Assembly: GCA_001828605.1 (NCBI GenBank)
Contig: MHZB01000050.1
Coordinates: forward strand, 1 to 21,312
From: Planctomycetes bacterium RIFCSPLOWO2_12_FULL_50_35
GTDB taxonomy: Bacteria > Planctomycetota > Brocadiia > Brocadiales > Bathyanammoxibiaceae
Direction of reading: 5' to 3'
Length of the DNA: 21,312 nucleotides
A program made the position numbers and the translations under genes. The notes beneath the pieces are model-generated. The model worked only from the letters and a program-made list of their open reading frames with translations. It ran no database searches and was not told the origin of the DNA. Below are positions 1 through 7,640 of this stretch, piece by piece (the stretch's first letter is position 1; every line of letters begins with the position of its first letter).

Positions 1-2
1 CA

Positions 3-140
3 AGGTTGCCCCTATTCCCACTATTCACCAAGATAGAAATAACACCCCTGGTAAACCAGGAAAAGGCCCTGCAGGATGCCCGCAGGATGTATCAACTGGT
101 AAAAGACGTCGACACGATGGTCTTCCCCACCAGTCCATAG
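3..140 (+). CDS. Possible 3' end of an upstream CDS (product unknown), truncated by the window edge
   Basis: The frame starting at nt 3 is open for 45 codons (...EITPLVNQEKALQDARRMYQLVKDVDTMVFPTSP) and ends at TAG 138-140. No family is recognised. It is too short to appear in the ORF track. Confidence 0.3.
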   Translation, partial: RLPLFPLFTKIEITPLVNQEKALQDARRMYQLVKDVDTMVFPTSP

Positions 141-144
141 CCTC

Positions 145-420
145 GTAGGGGCAGACTTCCGTGTCTGCCCATTTGTAATCACCACATCTATCGGGCCTTA
201 CCAAATGTAGCGTTGGAGCTTGCTCTCCGCCTTAGGCGGATTGAACGTGGCAGCAAGCTGCCACGCTACACAAAAATATTTTTTACCGTATGGTGCGCCT
301 CGGCGCACCATATACTTTTATCGTCATTGCGGGGGCGTAATGTCTATGAGATTGCTTCGCTTCGCTCGCAATGACAAAAAGTAGTCACAGGATGTGTCTG
401 GACACACCATTCCACTATCC
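145..420. repeat. Array of five different GC-rich hairpin (REP-like) elements
   Basis: (1) GTAG 145-148, then stem GGGCAGAC 149-156 / GTCTGCCC 163-170. (2) TGTAGCG 206-212 pairs with CGCTACA 264-270, and 18-nt arms 207-224 / 252-269 match at 16 of 18 positions; inner hairpins are CCGCC-TTA-GGCGG and CGTGGCAGC-AA-GCTGCCACG. (3) TATGGTGCGCC 289-299 / GGCGCACCATA 302-312. (4) GTCATTGCG 323-331 / CGCAATGAC 367-375. (5) GTAG 381-384 followed by the GTGTC/GACAC hairpin. Confidence 0.6.
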
Positions 421-526
421 TCGTATATTTCCTACACTCCTACCAACAACCCCATTGACCAGCAAAAGACTGATGGGGTATTATTTTGTTGACCGCAGAG
501 CTTTAAGGGGAGATTCTATCTAGCAC

Positions 527-555
527 TTAAAACCTAGGTTGTCCTCGTGTATAAT
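527..555 (+). promoter_or_regulatory. Candidate sigma70-type promoter for the MrcB_N-HNH gene
   Basis: TTAAAA (527-532), 17-nt spacer, then a perfect TATAAT (550-555), about 65 nt upstream of ATG 619. The -35 box is weak (4 of 6 matches to consensus). Confidence 0.3.
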
Positions 556-592
556 GAAATAGGTGCCTTTTTAAAGTTAAATAAAATTCTAT

Positions 593-610
593 TTGCATTT
601 TAAAATGCAA
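593..610. promoter_or_regulatory. 18-bp perfect palindrome TTGCATTTT|AAAATGCAA (operator-like site)
   Basis: Read directly from the sequence. It lies between the candidate -10 box and start codon 619, ending 8 nt before the ATG. The palindrome is certain; a regulatory function is inferred. Confidence 0.4.
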
Positions 611-618
611 TAACGGAA

Positions 619-1575
619 ATGCTAAGAGAAAATATAGAAAGAATTTTAAGAGAATACCCTTCCGCAAAGAATGAGCCTTTCTCGGGACATGCTTTAGCTC
701 ACTTTTTACGCCACGATTTCCCAAAGGATTTAGAGAGTTTAGTCGATAACCCAAATAGATACAAATTTACTGGCTCGGCCGGTCAAGGGACTTGGGCTAA
801 CTGCCCTTGGGTTGCAGTTTTTGATATTCTTGTTACAGAGTCGGCACAATCCGGTTATTACCCTGTCTATTTATTTCAAGAAAATATGAAAGGAGTGTAC
901 CTTTCTTTAAATCAGGGTGTAACAGAGATAAGAGAGAAATATAAAGATAATCCGAAGCATGTCTTAAAAATACGGGCATCAGATTTTAGAGCGCAAATCG
1001 GACCTAGTCTTGAGGAATTTCAAGATACACCAATAAACCTAGCAATTTCATCAACTTCAGAGCTTGCAGCGTTCTACGAAGTTGGTAATATTTATGCGCA
1101 ATATTACAATTCTGACAATCTACCCTCGGAAGATCAACTCATATCAAATTTCAGAGATATGCTGAGATTATATGAGCTCCTCAGCTATAACGAAAATATT
1201 CCGACTGCATCGTCTGTGAGAGAACAAGACGAACCATATATTTCAAAGGGTACAGAAGACCTTAGGAAGTTACGAGAACACAAAAGGATAGAGAGAAATG
1301 TAAAATTATCGAAGGCAGCAAAAAAAAATCATGGCTACACTTGCCAAGCATGCGGTTTTAATTTTGCTAAATTTTATGGCCTATTGGGTGAAGAATTTAT
1401 CGAAGCACATCATCTGACACCTATATCCGAGTTGAAGGGCCAGCGGGTTACACTTGATCCGGTTCATGATTTTGCAGTTCTTTGCTCTAACTGCCATAGT
1501 ATGATTCACAGATTTGAAAAGCCAGAAGATATAGAAGCCTTTAAAAGGATCTTGCGCCAGCGAAATATCAATTAA
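619..1575 (+). CDS. MrcB_N (DUF3578) domain fused to a C-terminal HNH nuclease; candidate modification-dependent (Type IV) restriction endonuclease
   Basis: The N-terminal region has the 'GSAGQGTWANCPWVAVFDILVTESAQSGYYPVYLFQENMKGVYLSLNQGV' signature typical of the McrB N-terminal DNA-binding domain family. The C-terminus has the HNH/zinc motif 'CQACGFNF...EAHHLTPISE...LCSNCHSMIH'. The gene is markedly AT-richer than its neighbours. Confidence 0.85.
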   Translation: MLRENIERILREYPSAKNEPFSGHALAHFLRHDFPKDLESLVDNPNRYKFTGSAGQGTWANCPWVAVFDILVTESAQSGYYPVYLFQENMKGVYLSLNQGVTEIREKYKDNPKHVLKIRASDFRAQIGPSLEEFQDTPINLAISSTSELAAFYEVGNIYAQYYNSDNLPSEDQLISNFRDMLRLYELLSYNENIPTASSVREQDEPYISKGTEDLRKLREHKRIERNVKLSKAAKKNHGYTCQACGFNFAKFYGLLGEEFIEAHHLTPISELKGQRVTLDPVHDFAVLCSNCHSMIHRFEKPEDIEAFKRILRQRNIN

Positions 1576-1590
1576 CACAACGTTAGAGAA

Positions 1591-1710
1591 GTAGGTGGGT
1601 GCTCAGGGCTTTAGCCCTAGGTATGGATTGTAGATATTAATTCACACAGGGCTAAAGCCCTGCGATCCTCTCCCCATAAAATTCGTAGGGACACAACATA
1701 TTGTGCTCCT
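1591..1710. repeat. REP-like hairpins between convergent genes; probable bidirectional terminator region
   Basis: GTAG at 1591, 1630 and 1685. Hairpin AGGGCT-TT-AGCCCT (1605-1618) and its reverse-complement copy CAGGGCT-AA-AGCCCTG (1647-1662). CACAA/TTGTG hairpin at 1692-1705. Located between the stop codons at 1575 (+) and 1739 (-). Confidence 0.55.
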
Positions 1711-1738
1711 ATTCTTATTAATCCAAATTTGTGCTGTA

Positions 1739-3184
1739 CTACGCAGGCAGTGAGATGGTCTTTGATGTGCCGGCGTAGCAGTCCTTGTAATAATCGCCGG
1801 AGGCCTGCAGTTTGTGCAGGTTTTCAAGCACCTGCAGGAATACCTGGTCCCAGTCCTGGCTTACCCTGAGGGCAAACATGGAGTTGCGCGGGTCGCCGGT
1901 CTCCTGCATGGACGTCCTGAACCTCTTGCGGATGCTGTCTCCAGCGTATACATGGTCATATACGTACTGCATGCCGTCTACAAAATCGTCCAGGGTCATG
2001 TCAACAAACTTATGAACCACGTTGGCAGTTTCATAGTAGACCCAGTCCTCGGGGAAATTCTTGCGGAAGAGCCTCTTCTCCGAATCAAGCCGGTAGAAAA
2101 GTGGCGTCTTGGGGAATGGACAGTCAAGACCGTAGGTCAGGATGTCCACCTTGCAGTCGTACACAAAATCAACCATTTTCTTGAACGAATCCTTGTCGTC
2201 GCCGTCGGCGCCGAACACCACTGAGGCCCAGACGATAAGACCCGCATCGTGTATCTTCTTTATGCAGTCCTTGTAATTGGTCGCCCCCAGTTTTAGGTTC
2301 ACCCTCTTGCCCATCTTTTTGAGGACCTCCGGGTTGGTGCTCTCAATACCGACCAGGAAGCCGAAGTTGCCTGACTTTCTCATCAGGCTGAGGGCCTCTG
2401 CGTCCTGTGAGATATTCAAGGCTGTAAAGCCAAGCCAATCCTTCTTAAGGTCTCTCTCAATCATCCCCCTGAAGAGGTTCTTCGCCCTTTCGGCCGAGCG
2501 CGCGCCGTGGCCGTAGAAATTGTCCTCGGCGAACATAAGTCCCTTATAAGTCGTGGCCGCCATCTCATCGAGCACGTCCTCGTAGGGCCTCTCCCTGAAC
2601 TTCTGTCCCTGGAAAGTGGGCACGCTGCAGAAATCGCAGCGGTTGGGACAGCCCTTGGTGGTTATTATAGAAGAGAACTTGTAGCCGTACTTCCTTCTCA
2701 TAAGTTCTCTGTCGGGATATACTCTTTTTAGCACTGAGAGGTGCGGGAGGCCGCCGTCATAACGTCTCTGCAGCTTCCCGTTTTCAAAATCCTTTATGAC
2801 CTGCGGCCAGACGGTCTCCGCCTCGCCCGTAATAACCGTGTCTGCGTACTGCAGGGCTTCTTCTGAGGACACAGAGGTGTGTATGCCGCCCATAATTGTG
2901 GTACAGCCGTGTTTCTTCGCCGCCTGGGCAATCTTGTAGGCCCTTGGGGCCTGATAGGTGAGTGCGGTTATTGCTACTATATCCGGGGGGGCAAAGGTTA
3001 TGTTCTCTTCGCTGTCATCAAGCGCCAGCTCCAGGTTCTCGTCAACGACGTCAAACTCCCAATCATCACCCGGTGTGAGGGCAGCAATGTAGGCCAGATT
3101 CAGAGGCATCTGGACTATTACAGATATGCTTTCCTCGCCGTGACGTCCTGGAGGATGAGGGTTTACGAGCATTATCTTCTTCAT
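1739..3184 (-). CDS. B12-binding (class B) radical SAM enzyme
   Basis: CxxxCxxC cluster motif 'GCPNRCDFCSV'. The N-terminal Rossmann-like B12-binding region reads 'IVAITALTYQAPRAYKIAQAAKKHGCTTIMGGIHTS'. I place the start at ATG 3184 (MKKIMLVNPH), preceded by GGGAGA with an 8-nt spacer. The ORF-track start at 3274 would overlap the upstream gene. Confidence 0.9.
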   Translation of the reverse strand: MKKIMLVNPHPPGRHGEESISVIVQMPLNLAYIAALTPGDDWEFDVVDENLELALDDSEENITFAPPDIVAITALTYQAPRAYKIAQAAKKHGCTTIMGGIHTSVSSEEALQYADTVITGEAETVWPQVIKDFENGKLQRRYDGGLPHLSVLKRVYPDRELMRRKYGYKFSSIITTKGCPNRCDFCSVPTFQGQKFRERPYEDVLDEMAATTYKGLMFAEDNFYGHGARSAERAKNLFRGMIERDLKKDWLGFTALNISQDAEALSLMRKSGNFGFLVGIESTNPEVLKKMGKRVNLKLGATNYKDCIKKIHDAGLIVWASVVFGADGDDKDSFKKMVDFVYDCKVDILTYGLDCPFPKTPLFYRLDSEKRLFRKNFPEDWVYYETANVVHKFVDMTLDDFVDGMQYVYDHVYAGDSIRKRFRTSMQETGDPRNSMFALRVSQDWDQVFLQVLENLHKLQASGDYYKDCYAGTSKTISLPA

Positions 3185-3189
3185 AACCT

Positions 3190-4617
3190 TTATCTCCCGT
3201 TCTCTAAAATCATGTTTGCGACCCGCCAGCCCGAAGACACGACGGCACAGACACCGGGTCCCGGGTTGGTCCAATGTCCCGCCATGTAGAGGTTATCTAC
3301 CGGCGTCTTATTACTTAGCCTGCCCGGTCCCGTCTGGTCCAACGTTACGGCCCACCCGTATGCAGCACCCTTTGAATTAAGTGTATACCGCCAAAGGGTC
3401 TTTGGTGTTGCCGCATCCACTACCTCGATGTGTCTTTCAAGGTTCGGCACAAAATCTTCCAGGTAGCGTATTGTACACTTGGTAAGTCTATCTTTCAAGC
3501 CCTTCCAGTCCTTAACCTCATCATATTTTTCCTCTGTGGTGGCCACTACTGTTATCTCCTGCCGGCCCTTTGTGGCAAGTGACGGGTCTACCTTGGTCGG
3601 CGCCGATACGTATTTCCACTGGTTGTTAGGGCTGTGATAAAACCCCCTCTTAAAATTACTTAAATCCACATTCGGGTCCAGACCAAGATAAAGGAGAAAA
3701 TAAGAAGGACTTTCTTTCATCCCCCTGATTCTGTCCATATAAGCCGGGTCCACTTCTTCCTTGATCAGGTCAGAAAAAGTCTGTTTGGCGTCAACGTTTG
3801 AGACAACGTATTCAGCCTTAACGTCTTCACCCCCGTCAAGTCTTACTCCGGCCACCTTGTTATCTCTAAGAAAAATCTCTTTTACCTTGGAAGACAGGAG
3901 CAGGTCACCGCCAGAGTCCCTGAGACTCTTGGCAAAGGCGTTTGCAAAATTTTGTGTTCCTCCCTTTGGATACCAGGCCCCGTCTCTGAGATAATTTACA
4001 AGCATCTGGCACATACCGATACTCGAAACCTCATACGCCGGTGAACCTAGATACCCCCACTGCCCCGCCAGTACCGTCTTAAGCTCCAGGTCGTCGAAGA
4101 AACTGTCGAGCATTACCCCATAGGTCTGTTCCCTGTACTTCTGCAGTGTGGGGCTATTCTCCGATTCGTTTATTATGGCCCTGTACAGCTTTATAAACTC
4201 ACTAAAAAATCTGGATATATTATCCTTTTCTGCCGGGTATCTCCGTTGTAAGGACGACTTATAGCTCTCGATGTCTGCGGGTATGTCTATGGAGAACGAA
4301 GGGAATATGAGGCTGTCCATCGGGTCCAGCCCAAAGAATTCCAGCTCTATCCCCAATTCCTTCAGGCATCTGCCAACTATACTGTACTTACTACAGCCCC
4401 CGATGTGATGTACGGCGGAATCGAAGATATACGCCCCTCGTTTAAACGACGTGCAGTAGCCCCCTGGGATGTTATGCTGCTCTACTACCAGGGTCTTCTT
4501 GCCCCTCTTGGCAAGGAAGGCGCCCGAAACCAGCCCTCCTACGCCCGCTCCAATTACAACAACATCATATTTATCCTGCAACTCACTCTTTTTTATAGAA
4601 AGGCCGTGTCCCGCCAT
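3190..4617 (-). CDS. FAD-dependent oxidoreductase, phytoene desaturase (CrtI)/amine oxidase family
   Basis: N-terminal dinucleotide-binding motif 'DVVVIGAGVGGLVSGAFLAKRGKKTLVVEQHNIPGGYC'. The length and C-terminal 'LYMAGHWTNPGPGV' are typical of the CrtI/CrtISO-like family. Confidence 0.9.
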   Translation of the reverse strand: MAGHGLSIKKSELQDKYDVVVIGAGVGGLVSGAFLAKRGKKTLVVEQHNIPGGYCTSFKRGAYIFDSAVHHIGGCSKYSIVGRCLKELGIELEFFGLDPMDSLIFPSFSIDIPADIESYKSSLQRRYPAEKDNISRFFSEFIKLYRAIINESENSPTLQKYREQTYGVMLDSFFDDLELKTVLAGQWGYLGSPAYEVSSIGMCQMLVNYLRDGAWYPKGGTQNFANAFAKSLRDSGGDLLLSSKVKEIFLRDNKVAGVRLDGGEDVKAEYVVSNVDAKQTFSDLIKEEVDPAYMDRIRGMKESPSYFLLYLGLDPNVDLSNFKRGFYHSPNNQWKYVSAPTKVDPSLATKGRQEITVVATTEEKYDEVKDWKGLKDRLTKCTIRYLEDFVPNLERHIEVVDAATPKTLWRYTLNSKGAAYGWAVTLDQTGPGRLSNKTPVDNLYMAGHWTNPGPGVCAVVSSGWRVANMILENGR

Positions 4618-4619
4618 TT

Positions 4620-5873
4620 CTAGGAGTATTTAGACATTATCAGGGCAGAACAATTGCCCGTATACGAGAATGACTCCACAAGCACATTATCTACCCGTGC
4701 CTGTCTCTTTTTATTCGGCACGTAGTCCAGGTCACAGTCAGGGTCAGCTTCTTTATAGTTGATGGTAGGGGGGATAAACCCCGTATTGATTGACATGACC
4801 GAGGCCGCACACTGCATCGCACCTGACGCATCAAGGCAATCTCCCGTCATGGACTTTATCGCACTTATAGGTATCTTCTTTGCAAGGTCGCCGAGGGCCT
4901 TCTTTATGACGGTGCTCTCCATCCTGTCACCGTTAATACTGGAGTTGGCGTTAGCATATATCAAGGAAACGTCCTTCGGCTTGAGTCCGGCGCCATTGAG
5001 AGCCATGGATATGGCCCTTACCCCTCCCCCCCGGTCTTCACTGCCGCCCAAGTTGGGGTTGAAGCTGGTACCATAACCTTTAACCTCTGCGTATATCTTG
5101 GCGCCCCTTGCCTTGGCATCTTCCATGCATTCAAGAAGGAGAAGCGCTGCGCCCTCACCCATAACTATACCGTTACGCCTTTTGTCGAAAGGCGCACATA
5201 TCTCTACGCCACCGGCGCTATTGCTCCCGGACAGCACCCCCGCTTTGCAGGCAGCCCAGAATATATTCTTGGTAAGCCCATACACACCGCCCGCCATAAC
5301 GACCTTTATCCTGCCAAGCCTAAGAAAGTCAGAGGCACATATTATTGCGTCCACACCGCTTGATTCACCGGTAGAGATGGTAGAGTTGAGTCCCTTTGCC
5401 CGGCAAAATATAGAGGCACGGCTGGCGGGGGCGTTTAAGACCGTATTAGGAAAGTCCATCGGGTTGACGTAGTTAGGCCCCTCACTGAGGGCCTCCATAT
5501 CAAAGGTGCTTATGCTGTCAATGCTGCCAAAGGTGGAGCCGAGAACTATACCGAAGTCATCCTCCTTGTATACCTTATCGAGTTTGGCGTCCTCCATGCA
5601 TATGCTTGAGGCGGCGGTAACCAAGAGAGACGTCCTGTCAAAATGACGTATCCCCTTACTCCCCAAGAACTTGTTAGGGTCAAAATCCGGTATCTCTCCG
5701 GCCTTTTTGGACCTATATTCACTCACGTCAAAAAGGCTTATCGGCTTTATGCCTGAGACACCGTTCTGCAGGTTCTCCCAGAAACTCTCCTTGCCGACGC
5801 CGACAGGGCTTATGATGCCTATGCCTGTAACTACTACCCTTTTTTCCATTAGTCTGCTTATTCCAGAAACCAA
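4620..5873 (-). CDS. Ketosynthase paralog lacking the Cys-His-His triad (KS-beta / chain-length-factor-like)
   Basis: Full-length KAS fold, alignable with the adjacent KS, but 'STGESSG' replaces 'PTACAAG' (Cys->Glu), 'YANANSS' replaces 'SAHGTGT' (His->Asn) and 'SMTGDCLD' replaces 'SMMGHTMG' (His->Asp). The start could instead be ATG 5849 (MEKRVVVTGIG). Confidence 0.85.
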   Translation of the reverse strand: MVSGISRLMEKRVVVTGIGIISPVGVGKESFWENLQNGVSGIKPISLFDVSEYRSKKAGEIPDFDPNKFLGSKGIRHFDRTSLLVTAASSICMEDAKLDKVYKEDDFGIVLGSTFGSIDSISTFDMEALSEGPNYVNPMDFPNTVLNAPASRASIFCRAKGLNSTISTGESSGVDAIICASDFLRLGRIKVVMAGGVYGLTKNIFWAACKAGVLSGSNSAGGVEICAPFDKRRNGIVMGEGAALLLLECMEDAKARGAKIYAEVKGYGTSFNPNLGGSEDRGGGVRAISMALNGAGLKPKDVSLIYANANSSINGDRMESTVIKKALGDLAKKIPISAIKSMTGDCLDASGAMQCAASVMSINTGFIPPTINYKEADPDCDLDYVPNKKRQARVDNVLVESFSYTGNCSALIMSKYS

Positions 5874-5921
5874 AGACAGAAAACCGCCAGATGAAGACTT
5901 ATAACTGCACCTACTGGTGAT

Positions 5922-7151
5922 TTAGTTAAGGAATTTCTTGACTACCAGACAGCTGTTATTACCACCAAAGGCGTACGCAGTGTTAAGGGCGATGTCTACG
6001 CGGTGTTCTCGCGATACGTTCGGCACATAGTCCAGGTCGCATTCGGGGTCTTTTGTCTCGTAGTTTATCGTGGGTGGGACTTTATTGTTTTTAACCGTCA
6101 GCGCACAGGCAATAGTCTCTATGGCACTTGCCGCGCCCATAGTATGACCCATCATAGACTTTATAGAACTTACCATGAGCTTATTAGCATGCCTACCAAA
6201 CACCTTTTTTATAGAAATAGTTTCTGCCTTATCGTTGGCAACGGTGCCGGTGCCGTGGGCACTGATATACTGTACGTCCTCAGGGTTAATCCGAGCATCC
6301 TGAAGGGCCTTTTTAACGCAAGAGATTACGCCGTCTCCCTCGGGATGAGGGATTGTAATGTGATAGCTATCGCAGCTCAGACCGTATCCTATAATCTCCG
6401 CATAAATGTCCACTCCCCTCGCTAAAGCGCTGTCCAGGGACTCCAGCAGCAGTATGCCCGCCCCCTCTCCGATCAACATCCCCTTTCGATTCTTGTCAAA
6501 GGGCCTGCATACGTCCGGCGCCACTGCGGCCAGACGGCTGAAGCCTGTAAAGGCTACCTTTGAAAACGGATCCGAACCGCCTGCAAGCATGAAGTCCACC
6601 CTACCCAGTTTTATAAGGTCGCAGGCGTAACCGATGGCGTAGTTACCTGCAGCACACGCTGTAGGTATAATGGTGTTAGGCCCCTTAAACCCAAACACCT
6701 TGGCTATATTGGCGGGTATATTGTTGCACGGGTGCTGAAGGAAGAGCCGGCTGTCAATCTGGCTCTCCTCGTTTTCATATCGGAGGAGGTCAATTTTTTC
6801 TAGTATCTGTATCTCACCGCCGGTCGTTCCAACCGAGACACCCATTCTCTCTGGGTCTATAGCATTCAATTTAAGTCTCGAATCGTCCAGTGCCAGCTTG
6901 GCAGCCGCTATAGCAAACTGAGAACCCCTTCCGAAACTCTCAGTCGAACCATTATCTATATAGTCGTGAAAGTCAAAGTCTTTCACCTCACATCCCTTGT
7001 GAACCTTATGTTGGGACGTGTCAAAACAAGTAACGTCATCTACGCCAGATTTGCCCGCAAGTATAGCCTCCCAAAAGGCTTCCTTACCTGAACCAACAGG
7101 CGTTATGGCACCTACACCCGTAATAACTATACGTTTATTATACTTATTCAT
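5922..7151 (-). CDS. Beta-ketoacyl-ACP synthase II-like (FabF family), catalytically intact
   Basis: Active-site Cys in '[14 protein letters not shown]'. His residues in 'ISAHGTGT' and '[12 protein letters not shown]'. N-terminal '[14 protein letters not shown]'. Confidence 0.92.
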   Translation of the reverse strand: MNKYNKRIVITGVGAITPVGSGKEAFWEAILAGKSGVDDVTCFDTSQHKVHKGCEVKDFDFHDYIDNGSTESFGRGSQFAIAAAKLALDDSRLKLNAIDPERMGVSVGTTGGEIQILEKIDLLRYENEESQIDSRLFLQHPCNNIPANIAKVFGFKGPNTIIPTACAAGNYAIGYACDLIKLGRVDFMLAGGSDPFSKVAFTGFSRLAAVAPDVCRPFDKNRKGMLIGEGAGILLLESLDSALARGVDIYAEIIGYGLSCDSYHITIPHPEGDGVISCVKKALQDARINPEDVQYISAHGTGTVANDKAETISIKKVFGRHANKLMVSSIKSMMGHTMGAASAIETIACALTVKNNKVPPTINYETKDPECDLDYVPNVSREHRVDIALNTAYAFGGNNSCLVVKKFLN

Positions 7152-7163
7152 ACCTCCGCAACC

Positions 7164-7613
7164 TCAACCGAGAGACGTCTTATCAGCCGTAGCAAAAGTG
7201 AATGAAGCCTTCGCTACCGTATCCTCTCCAACTCTTGCAATGCCTCGCACCATGGCCGCATTAGAGACAACCTTCTCTACGTCTATCTCCAGAAACAATT
7301 GGTCCCCTGGGAAAACTGGTTTCACAAAACTTGCTTTTACTCCGGCCAGTAAAAAGACTGCGCCCGGATTGTTGTCCTGTTTGAAGCTTTTCTTGAAGAG
7401 TATTATTGCGGCCTGCGCCAATGCCTCTAGGGTAAGGGCCCCCGGCATTATTGCATATTCTGGAAAGTGCCCTGCGAAGAAAGGTTCATTCCCGGAAACA
7501 TTCTTGAGGCAAACTACCCTTTTCCCTTCCTCTAATTCAACTACTTTATCTATAAACAGGAAGGGGTATCTTTGGGGGACGAGCTTCTTTACCTCCTCGA
7601 AATTCATTATCAT
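7164..7613 (-). CDS. fabZ: 3-hydroxyacyl-ACP dehydratase, FabZ family
   Basis: 'RYPFLFIDKVVEL...NEPFFAGHFPEYAIMPGALTLEALAQ' contains the canonical FabZ His (GHFP) and Glu (LEALAQ). Confidence 0.9.
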   Translation of the reverse strand: MIMNFEEVKKLVPQRYPFLFIDKVVELEEGKRVVCLKNVSGNEPFFAGHFPEYAIMPGALTLEALAQAAIILFKKSFKQDNNPGAVFLLAGVKASFVKPVFPGDQLFLEIDVEKVVSNAAMVRGIARVGEDTVAKASFTFATADKTSLG

Positions 7614-7640
7614 AGGCCCCTTTTGTCAAGCCTTTTGGGC

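Noticed and set aside
145-420. Possible CRISPR array, because of many closely spaced palindromes
   Set aside because: The hairpin units all differ in sequence and length. There is no repeated unit at regular spacing and there are no cas genes. The same applies to 19837-20158.
527-754. Minus-strand ORF overlapping the nuclease promoter and 5' end
   Set aside because: It is low-complexity (F/L/K-rich from AT-rich DNA), has no RBS, and overlaps the well-supported + strand gene.
3185-3274. Longer N-terminus (start 3274) for the radical SAM ORF
   Set aside because: It would overlap the CrtI-like gene by 85 nt in another frame. ATG 3184 has a GGGAGA SD, and the B12-binding domain begins right after it.
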